A stretch of 64,000 bases of DNA from an uncultured Chloroflexia bacterium (lineage in GTDB: Bacteria; Chloroflexota; Limnocylindria; Limnocylindrales; CSP1-4): contig CAVQJC010000011.1 of NCBI GenBank assembly GCA_963712745.1, positions 32,001 through 96,000 of the forward strand, read 5' to 3'. A model generated the notes under the pieces. The model searched no databases. It saw nothing but the letters and a program-made list of their open reading frames with translations, and was not told the DNA's origin. The position numbers were made by a program, and so were the translations under genes. Positions 29,200 through 39,655 of the stretch are shown in pieces (positions within the stretch are counted from its first letter, which is position 1; every line of letters begins with the position of its first letter).

Positions 29200-30165
29200 A
29201 TGAGAGTCGTCGTCGCCCTTGGTGGCAACGCCCTGCTGCGTCGTGGTCAGGCCATGACCGCCGAGAACCAGCGCGCCAACGTCAAGACCGCCTGCACCGA
29301 GCTGGCGCAGGTCGCCCAGGAGCACGAGCTGGTGGTGGCCCACGGCAACGGCCCGCAGGTGGGCCTGCTAGCCCTCCAGGGTGCGGCCTACGCGGAGGTG
29401 CCCACGTACCCGCTCGACGTCCTCGGCGCCGAGACCGAGGGCATGATCGGCTACCTTGTGGAGCAGGAGCTCGGCAACCTGGTGCCCTTCGAGCGACCGC
29501 TGGCCACCCTGCTCACGATGATCGAAGTCTCCGCGGACGACCCCGCGTTCGAGGATCCGAGCAAGCCCATCGGTCCCATCTACGACCAGGAGTCGGCCAG
29601 CGACATGGCCAAGCTGCGCGGCTGGGTCTTCAAGTCCGACGGCGACTACTTCCGTCGCGTGGTGGCCTCGCCCAAGCCCAAGCGCATCATCGAGCTGCGT
29701 CAGATCCGCTGGCTGCTGGAGAAGGGCTCCATCGTCATCTGCGCCGGTGGTGGCGGCATACCGGTGATGTACGTCGACCGGCCTGCGCCGACCCCCTACG
29801 GCCCGGAACAGCAACTGGTCGGGGTCGAGGCGGTCATCGACAAGGACCACGCCTCGGCACTGCTGTCGGCGGGCATCGAGGCTGACTACTTCGTCATGGC
29901 CACTGATGCGGACGCTGCCTACGTGGGCTGGGGCACGCCCGAGCAGAGGGCCATCGCCACCGCCCACCCGGACGCGCTGCTCGAGCTGAGCGATCACTTC
30001 GCGGCCGGCTCGATGCTGCCCAAGGTCCAGGCGGCCTGCGAGTTCGCCGTCAACACCCCCGGCCGAAGGGCCGCCGTCGGCGGCCTCGACGATATCGACG
30101 AGATGCTCTCCGGCAACGCCGGCACCATCGTCTCGACCGAGTTCGACGGCATCACCTACCGTTAG
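29200..30165 (+). CDS. arcC: Carbamate kinase
   Basis: [39 protein letters not shown]. Confidence 0.96.
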   Translation: MRVVVALGGNALLRRGQAMTAENQRANVKTACTELAQVAQEHELVVAHGNGPQVGLLALQGAAYAEVPTYPLDVLGAETEGMIGYLVEQELGNLVPFERPLATLLTMIEVSADDPAFEDPSKPIGPIYDQESASDMAKLRGWVFKSDGDYFRRVVASPKPKRIIELRQIRWLLEKGSIVICAGGGGIPVMYVDRPAPTPYGPEQQLVGVEAVIDKDHASALLSAGIEADYFVMATDADAAYVGWGTPEQRAIATAHPDALLELSDHFAAGSMLPKVQAACEFAVNTPGRRAAVGGLDDIDEMLSGNAGTIVSTEFDGITYR

Positions 30166-30219
30166 CCCACTGACCTCGCGAGCGCCAGTCACCGCGCCCA
30201 TCGACAGGAGAGGATCCCC

Positions 30220-31224
30220 GTGCCCTACAACCTGCGCGATCGCAGCTTCGTCAAGGAGATCGACTTCACGCCCGCCGAGCTGCGTTATCTGCTGAAGCTC
30301 TCGGCCGACCTGAAGGCGGCCAAGTACTCCGGCACGGAGCAGCCTCGCCTGGTGGGCAAGAACATCGGCCTCATCTTCGAGAAGACCTCCACCCGCACGC
30401 GCTGCGCCTTCGAGGTGGCCTCGTTCGACCAGGGCGCACACGTGACGTATCTCGATTCCTCCGGCTCGCAGATGGGGCACAAGGAATCGACCGAGGACAC
30501 CGCCCGCGTGCTCGGCCGCTACTACGACGCCCTGGAGTACCGGGGCAAGAGCCAGGCCACCGTGGAGATCCTGGCGCAGTACGCCAACGTGCCGGTCTAC
30601 AACGGGCTCACCGACGAGTGGCATCCGACGCAGATGCTGGCCGACTTCCTGACCATGGGCGAGCACAGCGGCAAGGAGTACCGCGACCTCTCGTTCGCCT
30701 TCGTCGGCGATCAGCGCTTCAACATGGGCCGCTCGCTGCTGGTCACCGGCGCGCTGCTTGGCAGCGACGTGCGCATGGTCGGCCCGGCCGAGCTGGCGCC
30801 GCCCGAGGACGTGGTGCGCATGGCCCGGGAGATCGCTGCCGGCACAGGCGCCACCATCACCATCACCGATGACGTGGCCGAGGGCGTCAAGGGCGTCGAC
30901 TTCGTCCACACCGACGTGTGGGTCTCGATGGGCGAAGCCAAGGAGGTCTGGAACGAGCGCGTGGCGCTGCTGCGCGACTACCAGGTCAACACGGCCCTGC
31001 TCGAGCGCAGTGGCAATGCCGACGTGAGGTTCATGCACTGCCTGCCGGCCTTCCACGATGCCGGTACGACCGTCGGGGGCGAGGTCATGGAGGCCACCGG
31101 CATGGGCGACGGCCTGGAGGTCAGCCACGAGGTCTTCGAGTCGCCCGCGAGCATCGTCTTCGACCAGGCGGAGAACCGCATGCACACGATCAAGGCGGTG
31201 ATGGTCGCGACGCTCGGCTCGTAG
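30220..31224 (+). CDS. arcB: Ornithine carbamoyltransferase (catabolic by context)
   Basis: [26 protein letters not shown]; lies between arcC and arcA. Confidence 0.95.
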   Translation: MPYNLRDRSFVKEIDFTPAELRYLLKLSADLKAAKYSGTEQPRLVGKNIGLIFEKTSTRTRCAFEVASFDQGAHVTYLDSSGSQMGHKESTEDTARVLGRYYDALEYRGKSQATVEILAQYANVPVYNGLTDEWHPTQMLADFLTMGEHSGKEYRDLSFAFVGDQRFNMGRSLLVTGALLGSDVRMVGPAELAPPEDVVRMAREIAAGTGATITITDDVAEGVKGVDFVHTDVWVSMGEAKEVWNERVALLRDYQVNTALLERSGNADVRFMHCLPAFHDAGTTVGGEVMEATGMGDGLEVSHEVFESPASIVFDQAENRMHTIKAVMVATLGS

Positions 31225-31246
31225 CGTCGGCGGCGAGGTCGCGCCC

Positions 31247-32476
31247 ATGTCCGGGTTCGGCGCCTGGTCCGAGGTCGGCCGCCTGCGCAAGGTCATCGTC
31301 CACCGGCCGGGCCTGGAGATGCGCCGGCTGACGCCGTCCAATGCCGCCGAGCTCCTCTTCGACGACGTCATCTGGGCTCGCAAGGCCCGTGCCCATCACG
31401 ATGGCTTCGTGGACCTCATGCGGAACGAGTACGGAGTGACGGTCTACCGCGTCCATGAACTGCTCAAGGACGTGGTCGACGAGCCGGCCGGCCGGGCCTA
31501 TGTACTGGACCGCAAGCTCGTGCCCGACGAGGTCGGCGTCCGCGGCGTATCGGAGCTGCGCGCCTGGATGGATGAGCTGGACTCGACCGAGCTGGTCGGG
31601 CATCTCATCGGCGGCGTGGCCGTGAGCGAGCTGCCCGACGAGTTCCGGCACTGGGTGGAGCAGGCCTACTCGCCGTCGGACTTCGTCTTGGCTCCACTGC
31701 CCAACCAGCTCTTCGCCCGCGACAGCTCGGCCTGGATCTACGGCGGCGTGACCATCAACCCCATGGCCCGCCCCGCCCGCTGGGCCGAGTCGCTGCACCT
31801 GGCCGCCATCTACAAGTTCCATCCGCAGTTCCGCGACGGCGACTTCCGGATCTGGTGGGGCGATCCCGATGACGGTCATCGGGGCAGTGCCACGCTCGAG
31901 GGCGGCGACATCATGCCCGTGGGCAAGGGCGTGGTGCTGGTGGGCATGGGTGAGCGGACCACGTACCAGGCCGTCAGCCAGCTGGCGCTCGCACTCTTCG
32001 GGGCCGGTGCGGCCGAACGGGTCATCGCCGCCAAGATGCCGGCCGAACGGGCTTCCATGCATCTGGACACCATCTTCAGCTTCTGCGACCGCGACCTGGT
32101 GACCATCTACGAACCGGCCGTCGAAGCCATCCAGCCCATCAGCTACCGCCCGGGTGAGCACGACCTGGAGGTCACCGTCGAGAAGCACGGCTGGCTGGAG
32201 ACGGTGCGCGAGGCGCTGGGTCTCGCCGAGCTGCGCACTATCCCTACCGGTGGCGACTCCTTCGTGCAGGAACGCGAACAGTGGGACGACGGCAACAACG
32301 TGGTCGCGCTCGAGCCGGGCGTGGTCGTGGCCTACGACCGCAACGAGTACACCAACGCCCGGCTGCGCCGCGCCGGCGTCAGCGTGCTCGAGATCGATGG
32401 CTCGGAGCTGGGGCGCGGCCGGGGTGGCGGACACTGCATGACCTGTCCTGTCTGGCGCGAGCCCGCCTTCGACTGA
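31247..32476 (+). CDS. arcA: Arginine deiminase
   Basis: [35 protein letters not shown]. Confidence 0.96.
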   Translation: MSGFGAWSEVGRLRKVIVHRPGLEMRRLTPSNAAELLFDDVIWARKARAHHDGFVDLMRNEYGVTVYRVHELLKDVVDEPAGRAYVLDRKLVPDEVGVRGVSELRAWMDELDSTELVGHLIGGVAVSELPDEFRHWVEQAYSPSDFVLAPLPNQLFARDSSAWIYGGVTINPMARPARWAESLHLAAIYKFHPQFRDGDFRIWWGDPDDGHRGSATLEGGDIMPVGKGVVLVGMGERTTYQAVSQLALALFGAGAAERVIAAKMPAERASMHLDTIFSFCDRDLVTIYEPAVEAIQPISYRPGEHDLEVTVEKHGWLETVREALGLAELRTIPTGGDSFVQEREQWDDGNNVVALEPGVVVAYDRNEYTNARLRRAGVSVLEIDGSELGRGRGGGHCMTCPVWREPAFD

Positions 32477-32532
32477 CGATGGCGGGGCGCCGTCTCCGCG
32501 CCTCGTCGCTGGCGCGCTCTAGAATCCCGGCC

Positions 32533-34686
32533 ATGCCGAAGAAGCCTTCTGCCTCCGACCTCGCGTCGCTGCGCGTCCCTACCGATGTGCGCCTGTCTCC
32601 GGACGGTCGCCAGGCCTGTTTCGTGGTCAAGGAGTCCGCGCCCGACCTGGCCGGCTACCGCACGGCCTTGTGGCTGGTGCCGGTCGACGGTTCTGAGGAG
32701 CCGCGCCGCCTGACCCTGGGCGCGACCCACGATGCTGTTCCGCGCTGGAGCCCGGACGGCCGCTACCTGGCCTTCATCAGCGACCGTGGCGCGGTCCTGC
32801 GCGCCGGCGGCGCTGCCCGAGACGCCGAGGACCTCAAGCGCAAGACAGCCCCGCCCCGCGGGCTCAAGGACAGCGTCGGTCGTGACCTGCCCCACGGCAC
32901 GGCCCAGGTCTGGCTGCTGCCGCTGGCCGGCGGCGAGGCGCAGCCGCTGACCGACTTGCCCGAGGACGTGGGCACGCTCGCCTGGAGCCCCGACGCCACG
33001 CGCCTGTGCGTGACCTCCGCCGCCACCTCCACCGACGTGGCCCTGCCCAGGCCCGATGCGGCCGACCTGCCCCGCCGGGACGTTCGGCTCATCGACGAGC
33101 TGGGCTACCAGCTCAACGGCGCGGGCTTCATCTACGAGCACAAGCCCAACCTCTGGATCGTCGAGGTCGAAGGTGGCAAGGCCCGGCGCCTGACCTCGGG
33201 CCGCAGCTCCGACGACCAGCCGGCCTGGAGCCCCGATGGCACGCGCATCGCCTTCGTCAGCGACCGCGGCAGCAACCCCGACCTGGCCTGGCGCTCGGAC
33301 CTCTACGTCATCGCGGCCTCGGGCGGCAGGCCGGTGCGGGTCTCGGCCGGGGAGGAGCGCAGCTTCGGGCGACCGGCCTGGAGCCCCGATGGCAAGTCGA
33401 TCGCCGTGGCCGGCCACCGCCTCGAGGCCGGCAACCCCACCCGCGAGGACATCCACGTCTTCCGGCCGCGTGCTGACCAGATGGGCAGGAATCTGAGCGC
33501 CGAGGCCGACCTCTTCGTCGACGCGGCCATGAACAGCGATCTCCACAGTCCAGCCCCGGTAGAGCCCCAGTGGGCGCCGGCTGGTGAGTCGGTCTACTTC
33601 AACGCTCCACTCGACGGCTCGTTCGAGCTGTGGCGCGTGCGCCTGTCCGATCGCCGCGTCGAGCGGTTGACGAAGGGCCAGCACATGCTCGTCTCACCCT
33701 CGGTGGCGGCTGCCGGCCGCGGCGTCGTGGTCGCCGCCATCCGGGGCACGGCCACCTCGGCGCCCGACGTCGTCAGCTTCGAGGTCGCGGGGCCCGGGGA
33801 CAAGCCGGCCACGCCCGTCAGGCCCAAGGCCATGCGCCGGCTGTCCGACCTCATGGGCGAGGCCTGGAAGGGCATCGACATCGTCAAACCGCAGGAACGC
33901 TGGACCAGGGTGGATGGTCGGCGCATCCAGGGCTGGTTCTACGAGGTGCCGCCCAGGCGCGGCAGGCCGGCTCCGATGGTGGTGGAGATCCACGGTGGGC
34001 CGGCCACGCTCTACGGCAACGCACTGATGTGGGAATGGCAGGTGCTGGTGGCCTCGGGCATCAGCGTCTACGCCTGCAACCCGCGCGGCTCGACCGGCTA
34101 CGGCCAGGACTTCGCCAAGGCCAACTTCCGTGACTGGGGCCCCGGACCGCAGGCGGACATCGAGGCAGGGGTCGATGCGCTCGTGGCGGAGGGCAAGGCC
34201 GATCCCGCGCGCATCGGCGTCACCGGCGGCTCGTACGGCGGCTATCTCACCGCCTGGATGGTCTCGCACAGCGACCGCTACGCAGCCGCCGTGGCCTGCC
34301 GTGGGGTCTACGACATGAGCGCGGAGATGACCAGCGGGGATCTGGGCGGTCCGCTCTTCGGCTACTGGGAGCTGGACGCCCAGCCGTGGACGGACCCCGA
34401 CCTGTACCGCGAGATGAGCCCGCTGACCCACGCCCCGGACATCCACACGCCGCTGCTCATCCAGCATGCCGAGCAGGACCTGCGCTGCCCCATCACCCAG
34501 GCCGAGCAGCTGTTCAGCGTGCTCCGCTCGCTCAAACGGCCCGTGCGCCTGATGCGCACGCCGGGTGAGTCGCACGAGCTCACGCGCAGCGGCATGCCGT
34601 TCCGGCGCATCGAGAACATCGAGCACATCCGTGACTGGTTCGTGCATTACCTCGTCGATGGAGGGCGTACTCTTCCTCGCACGTAG
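32533..34686 (+). CDS. S9 family peptidase (acylaminoacyl/dipeptidyl peptidase) with WD40/PD40 repeats
   Basis: WSPDG repeats, IHGGP, GGSYGG nucleophile, DLRCP, ESHEL. Confidence 0.92.
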   Translation: MPKKPSASDLASLRVPTDVRLSPDGRQACFVVKESAPDLAGYRTALWLVPVDGSEEPRRLTLGATHDAVPRWSPDGRYLAFISDRGAVLRAGGAARDAEDLKRKTAPPRGLKDSVGRDLPHGTAQVWLLPLAGGEAQPLTDLPEDVGTLAWSPDATRLCVTSAATSTDVALPRPDAADLPRRDVRLIDELGYQLNGAGFIYEHKPNLWIVEVEGGKARRLTSGRSSDDQPAWSPDGTRIAFVSDRGSNPDLAWRSDLYVIAASGGRPVRVSAGEERSFGRPAWSPDGKSIAVAGHRLEAGNPTREDIHVFRPRADQMGRNLSAEADLFVDAAMNSDLHSPAPVEPQWAPAGESVYFNAPLDGSFELWRVRLSDRRVERLTKGQHMLVSPSVAAAGRGVVVAAIRGTATSAPDVVSFEVAGPGDKPATPVRPKAMRRLSDLMGEAWKGIDIVKPQERWTRVDGRRIQGWFYEVPPRRGRPAPMVVEIHGGPATLYGNALMWEWQVLVASGISVYACNPRGSTGYGQDFAKANFRDWGPGPQADIEAGVDALVAEGKADPARIGVTGGSYGGYLTAWMVSHSDRYAAAVACRGVYDMSAEMTSGDLGGPLFGYWELDAQPWTDPDLYREMSPLTHAPDIHTPLLIQHAEQDLRCPITQAEQLFSVLRSLKRPVRLMRTPGESHELTRSGMPFRRIENIEHIRDWFVHYLVDGGRTLPRT

Positions 34687-34701
34687 CGCGGGGTATCTCT
34701 C

Positions 34702-35658
34702 ATGGCTGACCAGGTCCGGGTGGTGGCTGCCATCGATGTCGGCAGCAACAGCGTCCACCTGCTGCTGACCGAGCTGGGCGGCGATGCCCCGGTCGTGCTG
34801 CGCGATGAATCGGTGCTGCTCGGCCTCGGCGCCATGGTCGACATGGAGGGCCACATCCCCCACGAAGGCGCAGCTGCTGCCATCGAGGCCCTGTCCGCGT
34901 ACGTGAACGTAGCGGAGGATGAGGGCGCCGAGTGGATCATCCTGCTGGGCACCGAGCCGCTGCGCCGGGCCTCCAACCGCACGCACTTCCGCGAGGCGGT
35001 GGAGGAGGTGACCGGCTTGCCGCTCCACATCCTGAGTCACGAGGAGGAGGCCCTCCTCACCGTCCTCGGTGTGCTCGACGGCGAGCCGGTCGCCGAACCC
35101 CTGCTCGTGCTCGACATCGGTGGGGGCTCTTCGGAGCTCGTGTTGCTGGAGCCGGAGGCCGACCCCGTGGTCGGTGTCATGCCCGTGGGCTCGGCGCGCC
35201 TGACCGCGCAGCACGTGGAAGACGATCCCCCCACCGACGAGGAGGTCGCGGCCCTGCGGGCCGAGTCCCATCACCTGCTCTCGGGCATGCCCGTGGGACA
35301 CCCCAAGCGCGGCATCATCGTCGGCGGCTCGGGCACCAACCTTGTGCGGCTGACCGCGGAGGAGGCTGACGAGGAGGTAGGCGACGGCGGACTCATCGCC
35401 CGTGGTCGCACGGCTCGCGCCATCGAGATCGTCAAGACCGCGCCTGCCGCTGAGCTCGCGGAGGAATACGGCCTGCGCGAGCGGCGCGTGCTCCAGATGG
35501 CCGCCGGTGCCAGCCTCATCGAGGCCACGCTCGACTGCTACAGCCTCGAGGTCATGGAGGCGTCGGACGCGAGCCTGCGCGAGGGTGTCATCATCGCCCG
35601 TGAGGCCGAGGGTGACGCCTGGCGCGAGTCGCTCGTTTCACTCGTTACGGGTGACTAG
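34702..35658 (+). CDS. ppx: Ppx/GppA family exopolyphosphatase (short form, no HD domain)
   Basis: AIDVGSNS, EEEA, DIGGGSSE, LREG. Confidence 0.88.
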   Translation: MADQVRVVAAIDVGSNSVHLLLTELGGDAPVVLRDESVLLGLGAMVDMEGHIPHEGAAAAIEALSAYVNVAEDEGAEWIILLGTEPLRRASNRTHFREAVEEVTGLPLHILSHEEEALLTVLGVLDGEPVAEPLLVLDIGGGSSELVLLEPEADPVVGVMPVGSARLTAQHVEDDPPTDEEVAALRAESHHLLSGMPVGHPKRGIIVGGSGTNLVRLTAEEADEEVGDGGLIARGRTARAIEIVKTAPAAELAEEYGLRERRVLQMAAGASLIEATLDCYSLEVMEASDASLREGVIIAREAEGDAWRESLVSLVTGD

Positions 35659-35728
35659 ACCCAGGGCCACGACCACTAGGCTGGGCCAGTCGATGACAGC
35701 TGTCGCCAGCGCTCCGGAGGGTTACTGA

Positions 35729-38455
35729 ATGACCGCAGCCGCACCACCAGACCAACGACCCGCGTTCACGCTGACGCCCGACGAGGCGCTCGCAAGGGCC
35801 GGGGTCGAGGCCAAGACCGGTCTGTCCGCGGCGGAGGTCACGGCCCGGCGCGAGCAGTACGGCGCGAACAAGTTCGCCGAGGGCGAGAAGGAGCCCGGCT
35901 GGCAGGTCTTCGTGCGCCAGTACAAGGACCTCATGCAGATCGTCCTGCTGGTGGCGGGCATCGTCAGCATCTGGCCCGTCGAGCAGTACACCACCGGCCT
36001 GCTTCTCATCGGGCTGACGGTGCTGAACGCGGCCATGGGCATGGCCCAGGAGGGCAAGGCCGCAGCGGCGGTCGCGGCGCTCCAGGAGATGATGATCGTC
36101 AAGGCGCGAGTCCTGCGCGACGGCGAACTGACCGAGGTGGCGGCCGAAGAACTCGTTCCCGGTGACATCGTCTCAGTCGAGGCCGGCGACCTCATCCCCG
36201 CGGACGGTCGCCTCATCAGCGCTGCCTCGCTGGAGGTGGACGAGGCGCCGCTCACCGGTGAGTCCCTGCCGGTACCGAAGGACGTGGCGGCGCTTTCCGA
36301 TCCCGAGACGACACTGGGCGATCGCATCGACATGGTCTTCATGAACACGAGCGCGACGCGAGGCTCTGCGACCTTCGTCGTGACCGCCACCGGCATGGAG
36401 ACCGAGGTCGGCCACATCTCCGAGCTGCTCTCGAACGCCGATGAGACGACGACCCCGCTCACTCAGCAGCTGGAGAAGCTGACTCGCCAGCTCATCGCCA
36501 TCGCGGGTGCCGCACTCATCGCCTCCATGCTCCTCGGGCTCCTGCGAGGTGAGCCCTTCGATGTGCTCTTCGTGGCGGCCATCGCCTTCGCGGTCGCGGC
36601 CATCCCCACCGGCCTGCCGGCAGTCGTGACCACCATCCTCTCGATGGGTACCCGCACGCTTGCCGAGGCCGGTGCCATCGTCAAGAACCTGCGCTCCGTG
36701 GAGACGCTGGGCTCGACGTCGGCCATCAACTCCGACAAGACCGGCACCCTCACCCTGAACCAGATGACCGCGGTCGAGATGGCCACGGTAGGTCGACACT
36801 ATGAGATCAGCGGCACCGGCTACGGCACGAGCGGCAAGATCATGCGCGAGGGCGGAGACCTCGACGGCGAGAGCCTCGAGGAGTTCCTGCTGCCGATGGT
36901 GCTGGCCTCCGACGCGGTCGCCCGCAACGGGGAGCTGATCGGCGATCCGACCGAGGGTGCGCTGGTCGTACTGGCCGGCAAGGGCGGCGTCGGCACCGAG
37001 GTCACGCGCGAGCGGTACCCGCGCCTGGCCACGCTGCCCTTCGATGCGGCCTACAAGCTCATGGCCACCTTCCACCGATGGACGGACGCGAAGGGCAAGG
37101 AGTTCGTGCGCGCCTACGTCAAGGGCGCCCCGGACCAGATGCTGGCCCGAGCCGACGAGGTCTACGCACGGGACCACGACCCGGTCAAGGTCACCGACGA
37201 CGTGCGCGAACGCTACATGGCCGAGAACGACCGTCTGGCGTCGAAGGGCCTGCGCGTGCTGGCCACGGCCCGCAAGGACTTCCCGGCCAAGGACTTCGAT
37301 CCCGATGGCGACCTGCTCGAGCAGATCGACGGCCTCACGCTGATGGCCCTGGTCGGCATCGTGGACCCGCCACGACCGACCGTGAAGGACTCGATCGCGA
37401 CCGCGCACCGCGCCGGGATCGGGGTGCGCATGATCACCGGCGACCACGTCGTCACGGCCGAGGCCATCGGCCGGGAGCTTGGCATCACGGGCCGCGCCAT
37501 CAGCGGCGCAGAGTTCCGGGCCATGTCCGACGAGCAGGTGATCGCTCAGATGGACGACATCGGCATCATCGCCAGGGTCACGCCGGAGGATAAGGTTCGC
37601 CTGGTGCAGCTGCTGCAGCGCCAGAAGCGCGTCGTGGCCATGACCGGCGACGGGGTCAACGACGCGCCCGCGCTCAAGCAGGCAGACATCGGTGTGGCCA
37701 TGGGCATCACCGGGACGGAGGTCTCCAAGGAGGCCGCGGTGATGATCCTGACCGATGATGACTTCAGCACCATCGTCCGGGCCGTGCGCCTGGGCCGCAA
37801 CATCTACGACAACCTGCAGCGCTACATCCGCTTCCAGATGGCGGGGCTGTTCGGCTTCATCGCCACGTTCCTCGGATCCAGCATCTTCTGGATCGCCGGC
37901 GGCGTGCCCTTCCTGCCCGCCCAGACCATCTTCATCAACTTCAGCGTGCAGGTGAGCCAGGCCTTCGGTCTGGGCTTCGGCGAACCGACGCCCGGCCTGA
38001 TGGACCGCAAGCCGCGACCGGCGGGCGTGCCCATCCTGGGTCGGCAGATGATGATCTGGTTGGCTATCGCCGGCCTTGTCGCTGGCATCGCGACGCTGGC
38101 CATGATCGAATGGGGCACACGGGAGTTCGACGAGACGGTCGGCCGGACGATGGGTCTGGTCACCTTCGGCTTCTTCAATGTCGCCTTCTCGCTCGCCACC
38201 AAGGACGAGACCCGGTCATCCTTCAACCGCGAGGTCATCGGCGACCGGACCTTCCTCATCGCCTCGGTCATCTCGTTGCTCATCACGGTGCTGATGGCGG
38301 AGATGGGGATGCTGCAGCGGCTGCTGGGCACGGTGGGTCTCAGCGGAGACCAGTGGATCCTCTGCCTCATCGTCGGCTTCGCCATCCTGCCCATCGCCGA
38401 GGTGCGCAAGCTCATCTGGAAGATCCCCGTGGACGAGGTGCCCAGGGAGGCCTGA
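35729..38455 (+). CDS. Type II cation-transporting P-type ATPase
   Basis: TGES, SDKTGTLT, KGAP, DPPR, MITGD, TGDGVND; IPTGLP in place of the usual PEGL. Confidence 0.93.
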   Translation: MTAAAPPDQRPAFTLTPDEALARAGVEAKTGLSAAEVTARREQYGANKFAEGEKEPGWQVFVRQYKDLMQIVLLVAGIVSIWPVEQYTTGLLLIGLTVLNAAMGMAQEGKAAAAVAALQEMMIVKARVLRDGELTEVAAEELVPGDIVSVEAGDLIPADGRLISAASLEVDEAPLTGESLPVPKDVAALSDPETTLGDRIDMVFMNTSATRGSATFVVTATGMETEVGHISELLSNADETTTPLTQQLEKLTRQLIAIAGAALIASMLLGLLRGEPFDVLFVAAIAFAVAAIPTGLPAVVTTILSMGTRTLAEAGAIVKNLRSVETLGSTSAINSDKTGTLTLNQMTAVEMATVGRHYEISGTGYGTSGKIMREGGDLDGESLEEFLLPMVLASDAVARNGELIGDPTEGALVVLAGKGGVGTEVTRERYPRLATLPFDAAYKLMATFHRWTDAKGKEFVRAYVKGAPDQMLARADEVYARDHDPVKVTDDVRERYMAENDRLASKGLRVLATARKDFPAKDFDPDGDLLEQIDGLTLMALVGIVDPPRPTVKDSIATAHRAGIGVRMITGDHVVTAEAIGRELGITGRAISGAEFRAMSDEQVIAQMDDIGIIARVTPEDKVRLVQLLQRQKRVVAMTGDGVNDAPALKQADIGVAMGITGTEVSKEAAVMILTDDDFSTIVRAVRLGRNIYDNLQRYIRFQMAGLFGFIATFLGSSIFWIAGGVPFLPAQTIFINFSVQVSQAFGLGFGEPTPGLMDRKPRPAGVPILGRQMMIWLAIAGLVAGIATLAMIEWGTREFDETVGRTMGLVTFGFFNVAFSLATKDETRSSFNREVIGDRTFLIASVISLLITVLMAEMGMLQRLLGTVGLSGDQWILCLIVGFAILPIAEVRKLIWKIPVDEVPREA

Positions 38456-38484
38456 GTCCGGCGTGATCCTGCGGGCGACGGCCT

Positions 38485-38760
38485 TCAGCTGGGTTCTTCG
38501 ATGACCTCGTCGACGATGCCGATGACGACGGTACGGATGGGCGCACCGGGGGCGCCGAGCACTTGCCTTGCTCCGTTGCCCTCGTCGAGCAGCAGCACCG
38601 TCTCGCCCGCGCCCGCGCCGATGTTGTCGACCGCGATCTGGTAGCCGCCGTTCGGGGCTCCGTCGGGCCCCACGAGGTCGACCAGCAGCAGCGTGCGCTG
38701 CTCGAAGTCCGGCGTGTTGATGGACGAGACGACGTTGCCCACGACGCGCCCGATCTTCAC
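38485..38760 (-). CDS. BMC-P pentamer (EutN/CcmL family)
   Basis: GRVVGNVVSS, AVDNIGAGAGETVL, VVIGIVD. Confidence 0.92.
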   Translation of the reverse strand: MKIGRVVGNVVSSINTPDFEQRTLLLVDLVGPDGAPNGGYQIAVDNIGAGAGETVLLLDEGNGARQVLGAPGAPIRTVVIGIVDEVIEEPS

Positions 38761-39053
38761 GAAGCGCCTTCCTTTCCGGCGCCCGGCAGCTCTGTGACCG
38801 CATCTACGATGCCGACGATGGCGTGATCCACCGGCACGAACGTCTCCGGCAGCGCCTGTGCCGCCTCACGCGCGGCCACGAAGTAGACCAGCTCACCGGG
38901 GCCGGCCATGTGCACCGCGTCGGCAGCTACGACCTGCGCCCCCACCGGCTGCTGCTGGCGGTCGAGCGGCTGGACGATGAGCAGCTTGACGCCCTCCATC
39001 CCGGGGACCTTGGTGCTGGCTACGACCGTGCCGGTGACGCGCCCGAGCTGCAT
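38757..39053 (-). CDS. BMC-P pentamer (EutN/CcmL family)
   Basis: [29 protein letters not shown]. Confidence 0.93.
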   Translation of the reverse strand: MQLGRVTGTVVASTKVPGMEGVKLLIVQPLDRQQQPVGAQVVAADAVHMAGPGELVYFVAAREAAQALPETFVPVDHAIVGIVDAVTELPGAGKEGAS

Positions 39054-39055
39054 GG

Positions 39056-39655
39056 CTAGGTCCTCACGCGCGCCGCGAAGCGGGCATCGGCCGCGAGGTT
39101 CTGGGCCATCTCGTCGTGCAGCTGGGCGATGACTCGCCAATGCATCCCGCGGGTGGCCCCACAGGCCGCGATGCCAAGCTCTACCGCGGCCTCCACGTCG
39201 GTGACGGCGCCGTCGAAGAGCAGGTAGCCCTTGCCGCCGAGGTCGTCGGCCAGGCGCAGCTCGAGCAGCCGTACCTGTGCGCCCTTGAGCCCCGCATCCG
39301 CCGCGCGGATGACCGCCGGCACGGTGGCCGTCTCGATGATGCCCAGTGCCTCAGCCTGGGCCGCGAAGCGGGCACCGCGAGTGCCGGCCACGACGTCGGG
39401 ATGGATGTTGGGCAGGAAGGTCACATCGCGCACGGAGAGTCCGCCGATCTCACGGCCGGCTTCGAGCGCCTCCTCGACATCGGCCACGTCGCCGCCCACC
39501 AGCACCAGGTACTTGCCCGGGTGGACGGTGCCGGCGCGGATGAGCTCGACCGGCGCCCGCTTGGCCATGGCGTCGCCGACCTCGATGCCGACCGCGATCG
39601 ACTCCATCTCCAGGAGTCCGAGCGCCGGTTCGATCACGGGTGGGACTGGGGGCAC
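39056..39655 (-). CDS. BMC-T tandem shell protein (PduT-like, single layer)
   Basis: Two BMC domains: ALGLLE..SIA.G...DAM.K and ALGIIET..V..IRAADA.LK...LGGKGY. Confidence 0.9.
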   Translation of the reverse strand: MPPVPPVIEPALGLLEMESIAVGIEVGDAMAKRAPVELIRAGTVHPGKYLVLVGGDVADVEEALEAGREIGGLSVRDVTFLPNIHPDVVAGTRGARFAAQAEALGIIETATVPAVIRAADAGLKGAQVRLLELRLADDLGGKGYLLFDGAVTDVEAAVELGIAACGATRGMHWRVIAQLHDEMAQNLAADARFAARVRT

